Below, piece after piece: positions 23,801 through 35,100 of a DNA stretch of 64,000 nucleotides (the first letter of the stretch is position 1; each line of letters begins with the position of its first letter). The DNA is taken from assembly GCA_964036045.1 (NCBI GenBank), contig OZ038379.1, forward strand, positions 10,602,001-10,666,000, written 5' to 3'. The notes under the pieces were generated by a model. It ran no database searches. It worked only from the letters and a program-made list of their open reading frames with translations, and was not told the DNA's origin. The DNA is from Eutreptiella sp. 'Long Island Sound 2002'. Its lineage: Eukaryota; Protista; Euglenida. The position numbers were made by a program, and so were the translations under genes.

Positions 23801-26800
23801 GCAAGTAGTCAGAGGTATGAAAAAAAGTTTTGTTTGGCATAATGAGTGCGCGAGGCCTCGCGCACTCAATTATGCAGAATGTGTATTTCCCAATCGTCCT
23901 GAATAAACAGTATTCCATGCCAAATGAGGCTCTGATGTCTTCATGGGTGCCTCATGGTGTACCGTTCGGGTCATGTCAGCAGCAAGAGTGGTCAATCAAT
24001 GGACGCTTTGTACACGCCATGCACTATGTAAGGTGTAATAGATCTAAAAAGGCGGGTTGCCCTCAGTCCTTGCTAAACACACGATTTTCAGTTAGTTTAC
24101 CTATAAATGAGGTGCCCAGCCTCCCATCTTTTGGGGCTGTACAACAGTTTGTCAGAAGCGCTAGGTCACAGGACGTATGGAGCAACTGCTCTAGAGGAGG
24201 ATAGTCTAATCGCTACTCCTGAGCTCACTGTTTTCACAGGATTCCAAAAGGGAGGAATCTCAAAAAGCCTTTTGGAGGCTATCGACAGAATGCAAGTAGT
24301 CAGGGGTATTCAAAAACCCATGCTTCTAGCATGTTGAGTGCGCGAGCCCTCGCGCACTGAGTGTTCCGCTGTGCAAGTCTCTAACCCATATTGAATCTTG
24401 CAGTTTTGCTTTTGCTCCATCCTTGCTTCATGCCACTTCCGATGTCAAAAAGTGATCTCAAAAAAGCCTGAAAATCTCACTCCAGCTGGCTGAGTGCGCG
24501 AGGCCTCGAGCACTCAGCCTCCCATAATAAGTATTTTTTTATGTGGACATGTACAGGATGTGTGAACAGCGCCCATCGTTAATAGTTTTCCAGACGATCC
24601 AAAAATTGGTATTCTTCAAATTAGCCAACAAAAATGTTTTTTCGCGGAAAATGACCGGTAAACCCTCTGATTTTGGACTAAAGAATGGTTATTTTACCCC
24701 CCCAAAAACAGCAAAAAATGGGCAAAACTGATGAAAAATGCATTTTTTTTGGAGGGTTTGAAAAACAGTATTTTCAAGATGGCAAAAAAAACTATTTTTT
24801 TCGGTGACAAAATCTAGTTGCTTAGGTGCAAAAAAGGGGGTGCAGTTTGCGTGGGCTAAGTATGAAGAAGAGAGATAAGGCTCGGGTTGAGCACCGCCTG
24901 GAAGCAGAGGCAGAGGCTCTACCCCATAAAGCCGCAACGAGGCAATCGAGCCTACTGTCCGTAGTTGCCTCATGTAACAACAAGAACAAGGCCGCTGATG
25001 ATACGGTGTTTGCCTTCACCGGTGCGGGTATTCCATTGGACGAATTGGATCTCCCCCTCATGCGTGCAAAAGTATACCCACATTGCCGGTTGCTTGCCGC
25101 AAGGCAGCTTTGGCTTCCCCAAAGTCAATGGCCAACGTGTTGCTTGATAGGCATTAACAAGCAATTTGCAAGAAGATAGCTGGCTGCAACACCACACTGC
25201 TTTCTGATGAGTGGACCGATGAACGTGGTGCCCGTTCTTGCAATTATTGCCCATGTTGGAGGCTGGTTGAAATTCTATGTCGACATTGCTTTCCTTGAGG
25301 GCAAGGGTCCGTAGCGGGGTGTGGAGCATAAGGAGATTGCGGGTGCCCTTCTGAGCTCCTTGGCCACCGCCCAAATCCATCCCGACCGCATCAGCATTGT
25401 CATTTCTGATGAGGGAAGCACGGTGGTCGCTGCTACAAAGCATGTGTTGCAACATGTATGGAGGAACGCCTGGTGGTTCTTATGTTGGAGTCACAAGCTA
25501 GCTAGCATTGGTGACATCCTCCCGAAGCACAAAGTGTTCTCGATGATCAATCTTCTTTACCGGTCATTGGCTGTGGTTCGAGTACCGATGCAGCCATCTG
25601 CCGCCGACGCCGATGGCGAGAGCGCTCTGCCGTCCCTCCCAGTATTGGTGATACTAGGTGGATGTCATGGCGAGATGGTGCCGATTGATGTTGTGAAAAT
25701 TGGGAGGGCCCGGAAGGATTTTGTGGTGGTTGACGCCGGGAAGACGAAGCGGAACGAGGAGAATCTGTCCCCTTTGCATACTCCCTTTCGCATTTTCTAT
25801 TGCATATTTTGCTGCACTTTCCGCATTTTCCCGCTTTTTTTTTTGTGCAAATTTTGGCGACCGCATCCCCCCCCCCCCCCCCGGCCCATTCCAATTAAGC
25901 CCCAATCCGATAAGAAACAATTCTAGTTTGATGGAATTCAATTTTTGTCGACACCTTGTGCCAGGGTTGTGTATTGTGCCTCCTCCATGCCGTGTCGTTT
26001 GTCCACAAATTCTTTCTAAAGCTTAAGTGATTGCCAAACGCTTTTTCCTTCCAACTGCTCCTTGGGAATGGAAAGCAAGGAATTTGTTTGTCTGCTACCA
26101 TGATATTAAGATGGGACATTGTCTTACAGCTCCAACTCCAGTTCCAGCTCTCATTCTTGCTTGAATCTAGCTCTAGCTCTAGTTCAGACTCCAACGGTGA
26201 GTATCTTGGACACTGATTTGTGCAAGTAGACCAAACATTAGCCGTATCTATACCTTTGCGTGTGTGGCCTACTTTAATTGTGATGTGTGCTCCTTTTGCA
26301 TTTTTGGTCGCTTGATATTTTCCTTTTGCTCTAAGTATTAGCAGCATCTTTCCAAGAACCTCCTATTGGTAGCATCCATGACATTTGGTTTTTTCTTTGG
26401 ATAAAATCTTTCCGTGCCTTTAGTGTGCAAAAATTATGGGAGATGGGCTGCCCATATCAAACAGAGCTGGGCTACTTCAAACCAGGCTGCACCCCTTCAA
26501 ACCAAATGAGGTCATTTCCAACTTGGGTAGGCCACTTCAAACATCAACCCATCAAACCAGGGCACGCCATTTCAAGCCAGGGTAGGCGCTAGACCACTTC
26601 AAACTCAGCCGGGCCATTTCAAACTAGTTGAGGCCTCTTCAAACCATGCCAGGCCACTTCGATCTAGGCTTGGCCCCTTAAATCTAGGCTAGGCCAAAGC
26701 AAATCAGAGTGCTCCCAATTCCTGCCATTTTCCACACTCTGTATATCCATACCCTGCCCATCGAAAAGGACCACCCTGGTGGTCCACTGCTTGGACTGCT

Positions 26801-27669
26801 GATGAATAACCCCCTCTCCCCTCCCTCCCCTTTCAGAACCCCCCCCCCCCCGGCTCAAACAACCCACTTTATGGCAACCCCCCTCAAAAAGACAGCCTGG
26901 ATGGTGCTGCAGACCAAGCCCCCCTTTTGCATTATGTGGGTACTGCCCTGCCCACTTTTCAAGACTGTGTAGAGAATCATATATGTCGGGGTTCATATTG
27001 GATCCGTTTCACGCTGCTATGATTTACCCCTTCCCCAGCCCAGGGCCTCAGGTGTGCGGGCCACTGACGCACCAAGCCTGAGCCTCCATCCGAAAACCAC
27101 CTGCCATATGGCGTCAAGCGCTATGGCCGCGAGGGTTATGCGGGGCACACAGGGGCTGGCGGGCAGCCAACCCCTCAGCCCTGCATTCTCGCAGGGTGGA
27201 GCCAGTCAGACTTAGCGGCCCCATACACTCTCGTTTACAATTTGCTTGCACCTGGGTGCTTCGAGCTGTGCATTGTGTTGTTTTGGCCTGGCATTTGCAT
27301 TGCAGAGTACGTGTTGTGTTTTATGTTGTACTAGGTCAGGCTAGCAGTAAGTGATCCTGCTATGCATTGGCCAGTGACTTGCCTTGTGTTACCCAATGCC
27401 TCTACTGCCGTCAGGATCGCTTTGGTCGCCCAACAGTCAAGTTCTCGCTTGCGGAGGGGGCAACGCCGGGCCCAGGGCACTACGAGGGGCCCTACGAGCC
27501 CAAGAAGCTGCTGATCTCGAGCTCCTGGGCGATGTCCGCCGTGGACCGCTTCAAGCCGGAGAAGAGCAAGCGCTCGTACAAGCCTCCGGGGCCCGCCTTC
27601 TACAGCGCGAAGTCCAGTCTCACTGATAAGAACAACTTCCACAACAATGCCAGAGGCCAGTGGGTCTGA
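17804..27669 (+). CDS. STPG1: STPG1/MAPO2-like SHIPPO (PGPGxY) repeat protein, 5 exons recovered, 5' end missing
   Basis: Exons 17804-18030, 19640-19839, 20500-20682, 22197-22394, 27415-27669, GT-AG with matching phases. Product EKDGFSRRTHRFDEPENELPGPGFY..SKRGTGSFAS..PGPGKY..PGPGHY..PGPGQY..SSMFAPTTLDRFGRP..PGPGHY..PGPAFY..NFHNNARGQWV*. The first repeat and the C-terminal FHxNxxxxWV resemble STPG1. The symbol is an STPG1-like assignment by eye. Confidence 0.82.
20139..20187. repeat. Perfect 17-bp hairpin in STPG1-like intron
   Basis: GCTGCTGCGCAGTGATA (20139-20155) and TATCACTGCGCAGCAGC (20171-20187), 15-nt loop; probably part of a small GCGCAGTG-type MITE. Confidence 0.85.
23140..25883. mobile_element. 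Putative decayed TIR transposon with poly-G/poly-C ends that contains the hAT transposase remnant
   Basis: Left end CG(14)CGATGCGGT, right end ACCGCATC(16)G; TTTCGCATTTTC motifs just inside both ends; CCCATT on both flanks (offset by 1 nt, so the TSD is tentative). Confidence 0.5.
24850..25565 (+). pseudogene. Degenerate hAT-superfamily (DUF659-type) transposase fragment
   Basis: FAFTGAGIPLDELDLPLMR, then LLSDEWTDERG (first catalytic D, codon at 25206), a frameshift near 25225, in-frame TAG at 25312, then ISDEGSTVVAA (second D) and WFLCWSHKL (CxxH). This matches the DGWTD / VTDNA / CAAH pattern of DUF659 hAT transposases. Confidence 0.78.
26455..26700. repeat. Degenerate ~20-bp minisatellite (consensus about TTCAAACCAGGCTGGGCCAC)
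   Basis: Roughly a dozen TTCAAAC..GGCCAC-like units at ~20-nt spacing. Confidence 0.7.
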
Positions 27670-28364
27670 GGAGCTGCATGGGCTGGGCCTACCGGGCACT
27701 CACCATTGGTGCTGCTGCTGGGGGGGCTCGACCTCGAGCCTGTCCACGTGTGCCTTGTCCCATGCCGGTGGGCCATCAGCCACCGTCAGTTGCTCTCCAA
27801 CCGGTGGTCTCCGGCGGCAGTGGGTGGGTCTGTGGCAGCTGTTGGTTGATGGGGGCTCTTGCCACGCGGTGCGCGCGCACTTGGTGCTCGTGGGGAATGG
27901 AAGGTTGCTTTGACACCAACCAAGAGTGCCTTGGGCGAGTGTCTTTCACATCGGAGAGATGCACCGATGTCCAGCTGTGGGGGAGTATCTCGTACCACAT
28001 CTTGTTTTGCATTGACTGGTCAGCGTCCAGCCGTTCTCCCCCCCCCCCCCCTCCCTAGCACCCACATTTTGGCCTATTGCCCCACTCCTCTTTGACAGCT
28101 TAACCATCGCCCCACCCTTTCTTTTAATCAGGACAGGCCAAAGACAGTTTCTCTGTCTTATGGGGTGGCTGTCCTACTTGTTCGGACAGGCTTCAATCCC
28201 AAGCATGTTCCTTAACCCCGCCCCCCCCCCTCTGCCCCCCTGAGCCCTGCTTGCCTTCAGCCGAAGGCATGTGCACTTGTGTTTTGTATATGCTTGACAT
28301 TCTGGTCATTTTGACTTTTATCTGGGGGGGGGGTGTATGGCCTTTTCATCCAGCATCAATTGGC

Positions 28365-28497
28365 TTGTGTTGTGTTGTGTTGTGTTGTGTTGTGTTGTGT
28401 TGTGTTGTGTTGTGTTGTGTTGTGTTGTGTTGTGTTGTGTTGTGTTGTGTGGTGTGGTGTGGTGTTGTGTTGTGTTGTGTTGCGCTGTGTTGTATTA
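28365..28497 (-). repeat. Pentanucleotide microsatellite (CACAA)n on the minus strand, no retroelement inside
   Basis: (TTGTG)n with a short (TGGTG)n block; same repeat class as the arrays at 2283-4882. Confidence 0.95.
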
Positions 28498-30395
28498 TGT
28501 TCTGGGTGCGGTACGGATTGCGGATGGATGCTGCATGTGGTGGCCACCTTCGGACGCGCCCCACATCTACCCACAGGCATCGGTCAGGCTGGTCCTGGTG
28601 CCGTATCCTCGAGCCTCTCTGGCTCTGTAGGCCTCGTTGGACTCCTGCTTGTGACTGCCGTCGCACTAACCCTTCACAACCTTCAGCAAGGCTGTTCATG
28701 CGTGGCTTCAAAACTACCTTCCCCCCTTCTCCCAGTGCAGCGCAGTTCCTGACCGGCACCCCAATGTGATGTCGCATTGGCTTGCCCTGACTCATAGCAG
28801 CCAAATGGGGGCGTTCAGGAAGGGAGCCACCAGCTCATTTCTTTACAACACGTTGTGGCCCAGGGAATGAAGCGATTCATCGACCTGATGCAACCCTTTT
28901 TTTCTTTTTTATGCTCACCGGATGCTTGCCTTTGTTTTCTGACGGAGCTGACCGGGGGGTTGTCTAGAAACTGTGGTATGGGCCAGCCCATCGACCCACC
29001 TGCATCCATCCCCCCCCCCCCCGGCTTCTTCTTCTGCCACCTCTTCTACAACTGATTCGGCCAATGTTGCTCAGGTGCCTTTCGTTGGCACCTTCTCTGC
29101 AGGTCACTCCGGGCGAAAAAATTTCTTTCCTGTCTTCAGCGCCTACCAAATTTGAGACCTGTAAGGGCTGGTGGTGTGAGAAGCAGCTTCGGTGACGGGC
29201 CCACTGCCATGGGGTCACTGGTCAGATTCGGGGCATGTGGTGTCGCTGAGTTGTGGGTCGCTGCACAAAACATGGCAATCATTTTTCGTGACGGCAATCC
29301 GATCACCTGTGAAAGTACCTTCTTGCCTCCTAATCAGAGTTCCTCCTGAACAGTTCGGCAACAATATGGGAAAGAGACCCCGCCCGCCACTGCTCTCAGC
29401 CCCCCCTCCCCCCTGCTCTCAATGTCCAGACCTGATGGCACAGGTGGGGCACTGAACAGGGCAACAAGATGGCGGTGCCCAGTACAGCAGACGTATGGCG
29501 CCGTCTACTACGTGGCAGCTGCTCTTTGCAGCAGTCATCTCTTCCCTTCCTTCTCTATGTCTTCTACCCGCATGCCCTCATTTTTGGTCCGCATGCAGTG
29601 CACGCATGCCTCCGTGTGGTGCACGCATGCCTCATGTAGGTGTACACGCACCGCCCCAGCAATGGCCATTCATTGGCCACAACATTGTCCAGCCCTATTG
29701 GGATAGAACGGGTTTGGGTCTGTAGATTCCCCTCCAGCCTTTGTACTCTCATCAGCTGCTGCACTCAGTTGTGTGTCCCATGCCGTGTTATTGAAGTGCG
29801 TATGCGTGTGGGGCGTGCTTGCTGCTTTCCACATATTGTGCTGCTCCGGCAGGAGTACCAGGCTGTACAAGGGAGAGGGGAGGGGTTTGCGGGGGAAATT
29901 CCGCCTTTAACTAACAAACAAACAAACTACAGTTTCCCCTTCCCAAAGTATGTGGGTGAAGGGACCGCGGGCTCTCCGTTGGTGCATCTGGCATTCCGAA
30001 CCTTGGGAATTCCAGGAGTGGCGAACATTCCCCCCCCCCTAGTCCAGGGCGTCTGGCTACCACCTGAAGAGACCCTGGTCGGTCGAGAGGCCAAAGGGGG
30101 CACACTGTGCGCTGTGCCTGCGCTGTGCCTGCGCTGTGCGAAAAGTCGGCTGTTTTCCACCACCAGTAGCCACGGGTCCCAGGGTCCTTAATTCTGCACC
30201 CCATGCTGTTTTGAATTGATCATGCATGCTTCTGTAGGTGGTTGGTTGTCAGGGGTGTTTCCGGGATAAGCAACATAACAATTGGCGCTGTGCCCATGTT
30301 GTGCGAAAACGCCCCCAAATCACATGGTGCATTCACTGATGGTACCAGGTCCAAATCCCAGATTCGAAAGTTCCACTTGACACGCACCGGGTGTA

Positions 30396-30609
30396 CCCCC
30401 CCCCCCTTTGTCCTAGCTACGCCATGGCCCATGGCCCATTGCCATGGCCCATTGGGGATATTTGTGCACCATATCCCGCTTTCTTGCATCAGCTCACCAT
30501 GCCGGTAGATGTATGTGTTGCACGCAAGCTACGCCCTTGTCCAAGCTACAGTAGGCGTAGGGACCATATTAATTTGGGACTTTTGCGTAGCTAGGACAAG
30601 GGGGGGGGG
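30396..30609. mobile_element. TA-flanked poly-C/poly-G TIR element (AAGCTAC subfamily, 214 bp)
   Basis: TA|C11-TTTGTCCTAGCTACGC ... GCGTAGCTAGGACAA-G10|TA. Internal block 30526-30565 is identical over 40 bp to 54626-54665. Confidence 0.85.
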
Positions 30610-32157
30610 TACAGCTACAGCCTCCGAACACCCCTAAAGACCCCATGGTCGAGACCTCGCACCTGGGGTTTGCCACGAATGGCTGGAAAACACGCCCTGT
30701 GGTGTGCTGCCGTGTCGTTGGCGAATGCGGTCTCCGCCCCCCCCGGGGAGGAGACCGTCGCGCGCTACGGGGGAGATTTCAGGGTAAATATTTGTTGATT
30801 TGTTTTTATCACAATTATAGTCTTCTGTGATATTTGCTGATTGTGACAAATGCAAAGAAACCTTTTTCTCTCTGGAAAAGACTGATAAGTGAAGCTGGGT
30901 TTTAATAGTTTGCAGGGTGATACCTTTTGGATTGGGAGCAACCCTATTGCCAGGCCCAAGATGGGTGCTCCAATGCCAGAACAGGACCATGCTGATGCGG
31001 GGCCCTAAAACTAGGAAGAACACATGCAGCGAACTCGGAGGAAAAAAATACCCACAGGAATGCAAGATAATAAGACAGATGCAAGGGAATATCCCATGTC
31101 CCTTGCCTTAATTGTTCTCTCCATAGGCCTTCACAATTCGATTCAATAGGACGCCACAGGGGTTGCAGAAGGATGCGAATAGTGCAATCCTGCTCTTGGC
31201 ACTACCCCCCGCCCCAGATTTCACCGTTTTGGGAAAGATTTCGTGGGAAGCATGCTGGTGCCGGCACCCCAAGGGGCTGAAGCAGCACCTGGGAGCAGAA
31301 GGACAACCGTCCCACTTCACCTACTGAAAATACCCTTCTCCACCGTCCGTGGACCGACAGCGCGTGCTGCCGGGATTGCCACCCACTGAGCCCCTGCGGC
31401 ACAGCGCCGCTGTTCGTCTGCGCCCGGGGGATCCAGCACCCGTGGGCCACTGCTGGGCCCCTGAGGCGCACTGTGGAAAGGAATGGTGGGCCAGGCAACG
31501 GAAGGAGCCCCCGGCAAAACCGGGGATGGGCAGAACCAAGGACGGCGGCGCGGTCACAGTGCAACGTAAAGCACCTGGGACACCGTGCAGGCGCGCACGC
31601 CACCCGTGTCAACCATGAAGCGTACGCTACCCCTAACCAACAAGGAATGCGCCCTGCGCACGCGCGACTCACGGAGTGGGGGAGCGTATGTGGTGGACGG
31701 CCGGGACGACGCGTGGAGGAGCAGGGCACCTGGGCTTCACGCACACGGAACCACAGCGAGGCAGGTTGTGGACGGCCTGAGGACGGAGGTGTGGGGACAG
31801 CAAAAACAGTCAAAGGACCCCCACAACAACCAGCACAACCCCAATACGCCAACTACTGGGCGCCGCTAACGCACAAATGGCACATCCTGCCACATCCAGC
31901 ACAGCCGCAGCATACCAACCACTGGGCTCCGCGAACGCGGAAACGACACCAGCAAGAGCACTGGCCGACAGAACGCAGCGACCCGACGCAACATGCGAAG
32001 GGAAGAACGGGTGACTGTCCAGGGCCCTGTAAAGGAACAACAACCAGACATAATGTCACACAGGGGGGGCAATTGGAAGCTTGTGCCCCTCTTCTCAGAC
32101 ATGCTTCACTCTGCACTGACCCGTCTCTGCTTGGGCTCGAGCTACGGCTGAGGCCGG

Positions 32158-35100
32158 ATGGGCTCTCCACATTACCCTCAAGACTGGGAACGCCAGGGGT
32201 ACCCTCCTTGGCACCCGGTCGAGCCCGGTCGATGGAGGTTCCTGCTGCACATGGCCCCGATCGTATGTGCTACGGCTGTCATTCCGCGGCTGAGCGATGC
32301 GCAGTCCCCAGGGGTCCTGCTGAACCGGCAGACGCTGTGCAAGCACTTTGCATACTCCGACAAGAACTGGGCCCAGGGGCGCTGGTGGACAGCGCTGCTG
32401 TATATGTTCGTGCACAGCGATGAGCCCCACCTGGTATCCAATATGTTCTCCCTCATCAGCCTGGGCTGGTCGGTGCACAGGTGTGGGGTGTCCCTCTCCG
32501 ATACCTACCAAGTGATGGAAGGGCTTGTAGGCGTGGCGGGTCCGGATCATTTCCTAGGGCACCCCTGCATGCGTATGCACATGCAGTGCGAGTTCTGTTC
32601 TGTTGCGCAATGAGACAGACAAAGCACCCCCCAGTGCATGGCGGCACAAAGTGGTCCCCCCAATCAGAAATTTGTGCAGGCGCATTTCGTGAAACCCTCT
32701 GTGTTGAGGCGATGCCACCAGCCTTTCCGTCACTGCACCTAATTCCTTGCACTCCTTCTACAACAAGCAGAATTGACATCAAGACTGGAGGGAGTCGCCT
32801 GCGTACCCACTGCTCAGATCGTCCACAAACACAAACCCAAACACAGACGGGATCTTGTTGGAAATGGATAACTGCGTGGCATGTGCGTTTGCGTGTGTGC
32901 GTCACACTTCGCTTCCCTTGCTTGCTGTAGAAAGGTTCCCTCGTTGTGTGAGACACGCCGTTCCGCAACGCTTGCTGCCAGTCCTGCTGCTCGTATTTGT
33001 AGCGGTTGTACATTCAGGGAGGCATCTGGAGGCATCTTGTTGCCCTGTACAAGTCGCCCCGCGCCCGTGCGCGTCCGTCCTCCCTCACTTGCTCAGTGGC
33101 TCTGCGGGCATTTTCCTGGCAACGGCTTCTTTAGAGGAGGCATGGGTTTTGAACGGGCATGTGGTGCGCGCGGCTGCATGTGTGCGCACGTTGCCCGTGT
33201 ACGTGTGCCTGTGTGCATGTGTGAGTGCACATGGGCGTGCATTGCCTGTGCGTGTGTGCATTTGCATGCATGCATGCGTGTGTGCATTGCGTCTGCGCGC
33301 GCACGTGTGTGCACGTTATGTTGTCTATGTGCCCCCCCTCCCCCTTGTGCAAACAACCCCCTTGTCCAAACAAAACGTTGGCGTTCTTTCCGTCAATGGT
33401 GGCGCCATGGAGGTTTGCGATTTCGTACCCCCCCCCCCCCTTGCGCAAGCACGGCCTTGTCTAAGCACGAAGACCCCGTGTGACCGTTGTTTTGATGGGT
33501 TTTTCTGACCACGGTTTTTATGGTCAGAAATTCATTGTTTCGTGATTGTGCGCTGATTGTACAGGGAAAGAAGGGCTGGGTCATGTTTGTGATGGTTCCT
33601 CTTGCTCACAACAACATTCTGATTGGTAGTGCAACCCAATGGTAATTGTTTTGCTGTGGTTTTTAGCCATGAAAAATGTTGCTGTCGCTGGCTTGGGTGT
33701 CACATACATCCGATCCACTGGTGAGCATGCACCTGCCACCATCGTTGGTCCTTCTACGCGTGGAGATGACTTCATTCATTTGAAGTACATGAGGAATGGG
33801 CATGAATGGACAAGCTCTACTTCACCAAAGATATTGTTGATGACAGTTTTGTCCCCAAGAATAGGAAGCCTAAACCTATTTCCAAACCTGCAGCCAAGCC
33901 TGCTCCAAAGCCTGCCCCGAAGGGGAAACATGTGCAACTATTTAAGATGAAGCGCAAGGTTGGAAAGGGTTTCTATTCCGTACCCGTTGATGGGCAGTAA
34001 GGACACAAGGACCATGCTGAATTTTGCCTACACGTTGTGTTCTAGTGCCATGTTTGTGAGTGATGTGCTTGGTGTGGGGTACGGGCAGGTTTTCTGTGTG
34101 CAGTGTCTCTTTGTGTTGCGCGTCGCGCGCAAGCACGGACTTGTCTCAGCACGGGGACCCCGTGTGACCGTTGTTTTTCTGACCTTGGCCGTGCTTGCGC
34201 AAGGGGGGGGGGGGGTAATGCAAAGGTTTGCTTTCTGGGCCCTTGTGGTACCCCCCTCCGAAATTCACAGTCTTGGGTGTGAAGCATCACCGGCGCCAGC
34301 ATGAAAGGGATTCCAAGGGGCAGACGCGCACTTGTGAGCAGAGGGACCACTGTCCCACTCTCACCTGGTGAGAATTCTTTGCCCCAATGGCTTGGAACAA
34401 GCGACGAGAACATTTTATTTGTAAAGGCCCAAACCAGTGCGCACACCCGGAATTGCTAACCGGCACACTTACTCTGCCTTTATGGTACCCCTCCCCCATT
34501 GTGAGAACAGCGCCCTCGCCAAAACAGCCTGAGGTGCTGACTCTGCAAGTTTTTGAACCACGGAATTTTGTGGTTGCCCCTGATAAGCAGGTCTCTTCCG
34601 TGATTTGGGGCTGGGGATGGTATTTTGGGGATGCTGATTACTGTGCTGCCACTTGTTGCCCCTCACTTGCATGTCCCTTGCCCTGTTCTGCTCCTTGCTT
34701 CACCTGCTTAGCTTTGCTATCACTGCTTGTGTCTTCTCAGTGCGCGTGTCAGCAACGCCCTTGTCAGAACAGCAGGAGGTGCTGCTCCCCTCCGTTCAAG
34801 TGTTTTTACCGCTGTTCTCAAAGGGGCGGCGGCGGCGGCGGGAGGGGTGGGGGGGCGTACCTCTGGGCTAAGCTGCAAGATGGCCAAAAACCCTCGTGTC
34901 AGGGAACCTGATGTGGGTACGGTGGTGTTCGTATCCGCTACACGTGAGCTGTTGTGTACAAACAACACCCTTGTCCAAACAACGCTCGGCATGATGGCCG
35001 TCAATTACTTGGCCATAGCCGTTGCATGCGCAAAGGAGGGGTCACGCGTGTGCGCACATGTGCACGCGTGCATGCAGCTTTTGTGTGGGTGCATGTGTGC

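Larger units (their letters stand above)
33332..35041. mobile_element. Older poly-C/poly-G TIR element (AAACAAC subfamily) hosting nested insertions, rhomboid intron 1
   Basis: Left CCCCTCCCCCTTGTGCAAACAAC, right GTTGCATGCGCAAAGGAGGGG (degenerate TIR); block AAACAAC(A/C)CCCTTGTCCAAACAA..CCGTCAAT occurs at ~33351 and ~34958 in direct orientation; it interrupts a purine-pyrimidine alternating tract. Confidence 0.6.

Noticed and set aside
31473-32423. 316-aa ORF overlapping the rhomboid start
   Set aside because: Low-complexity, repeat-like upstream half (internal ~45-bp duplication at ~31830 and ~31895) and out of frame with the rhomboid exon; no domain evidence.
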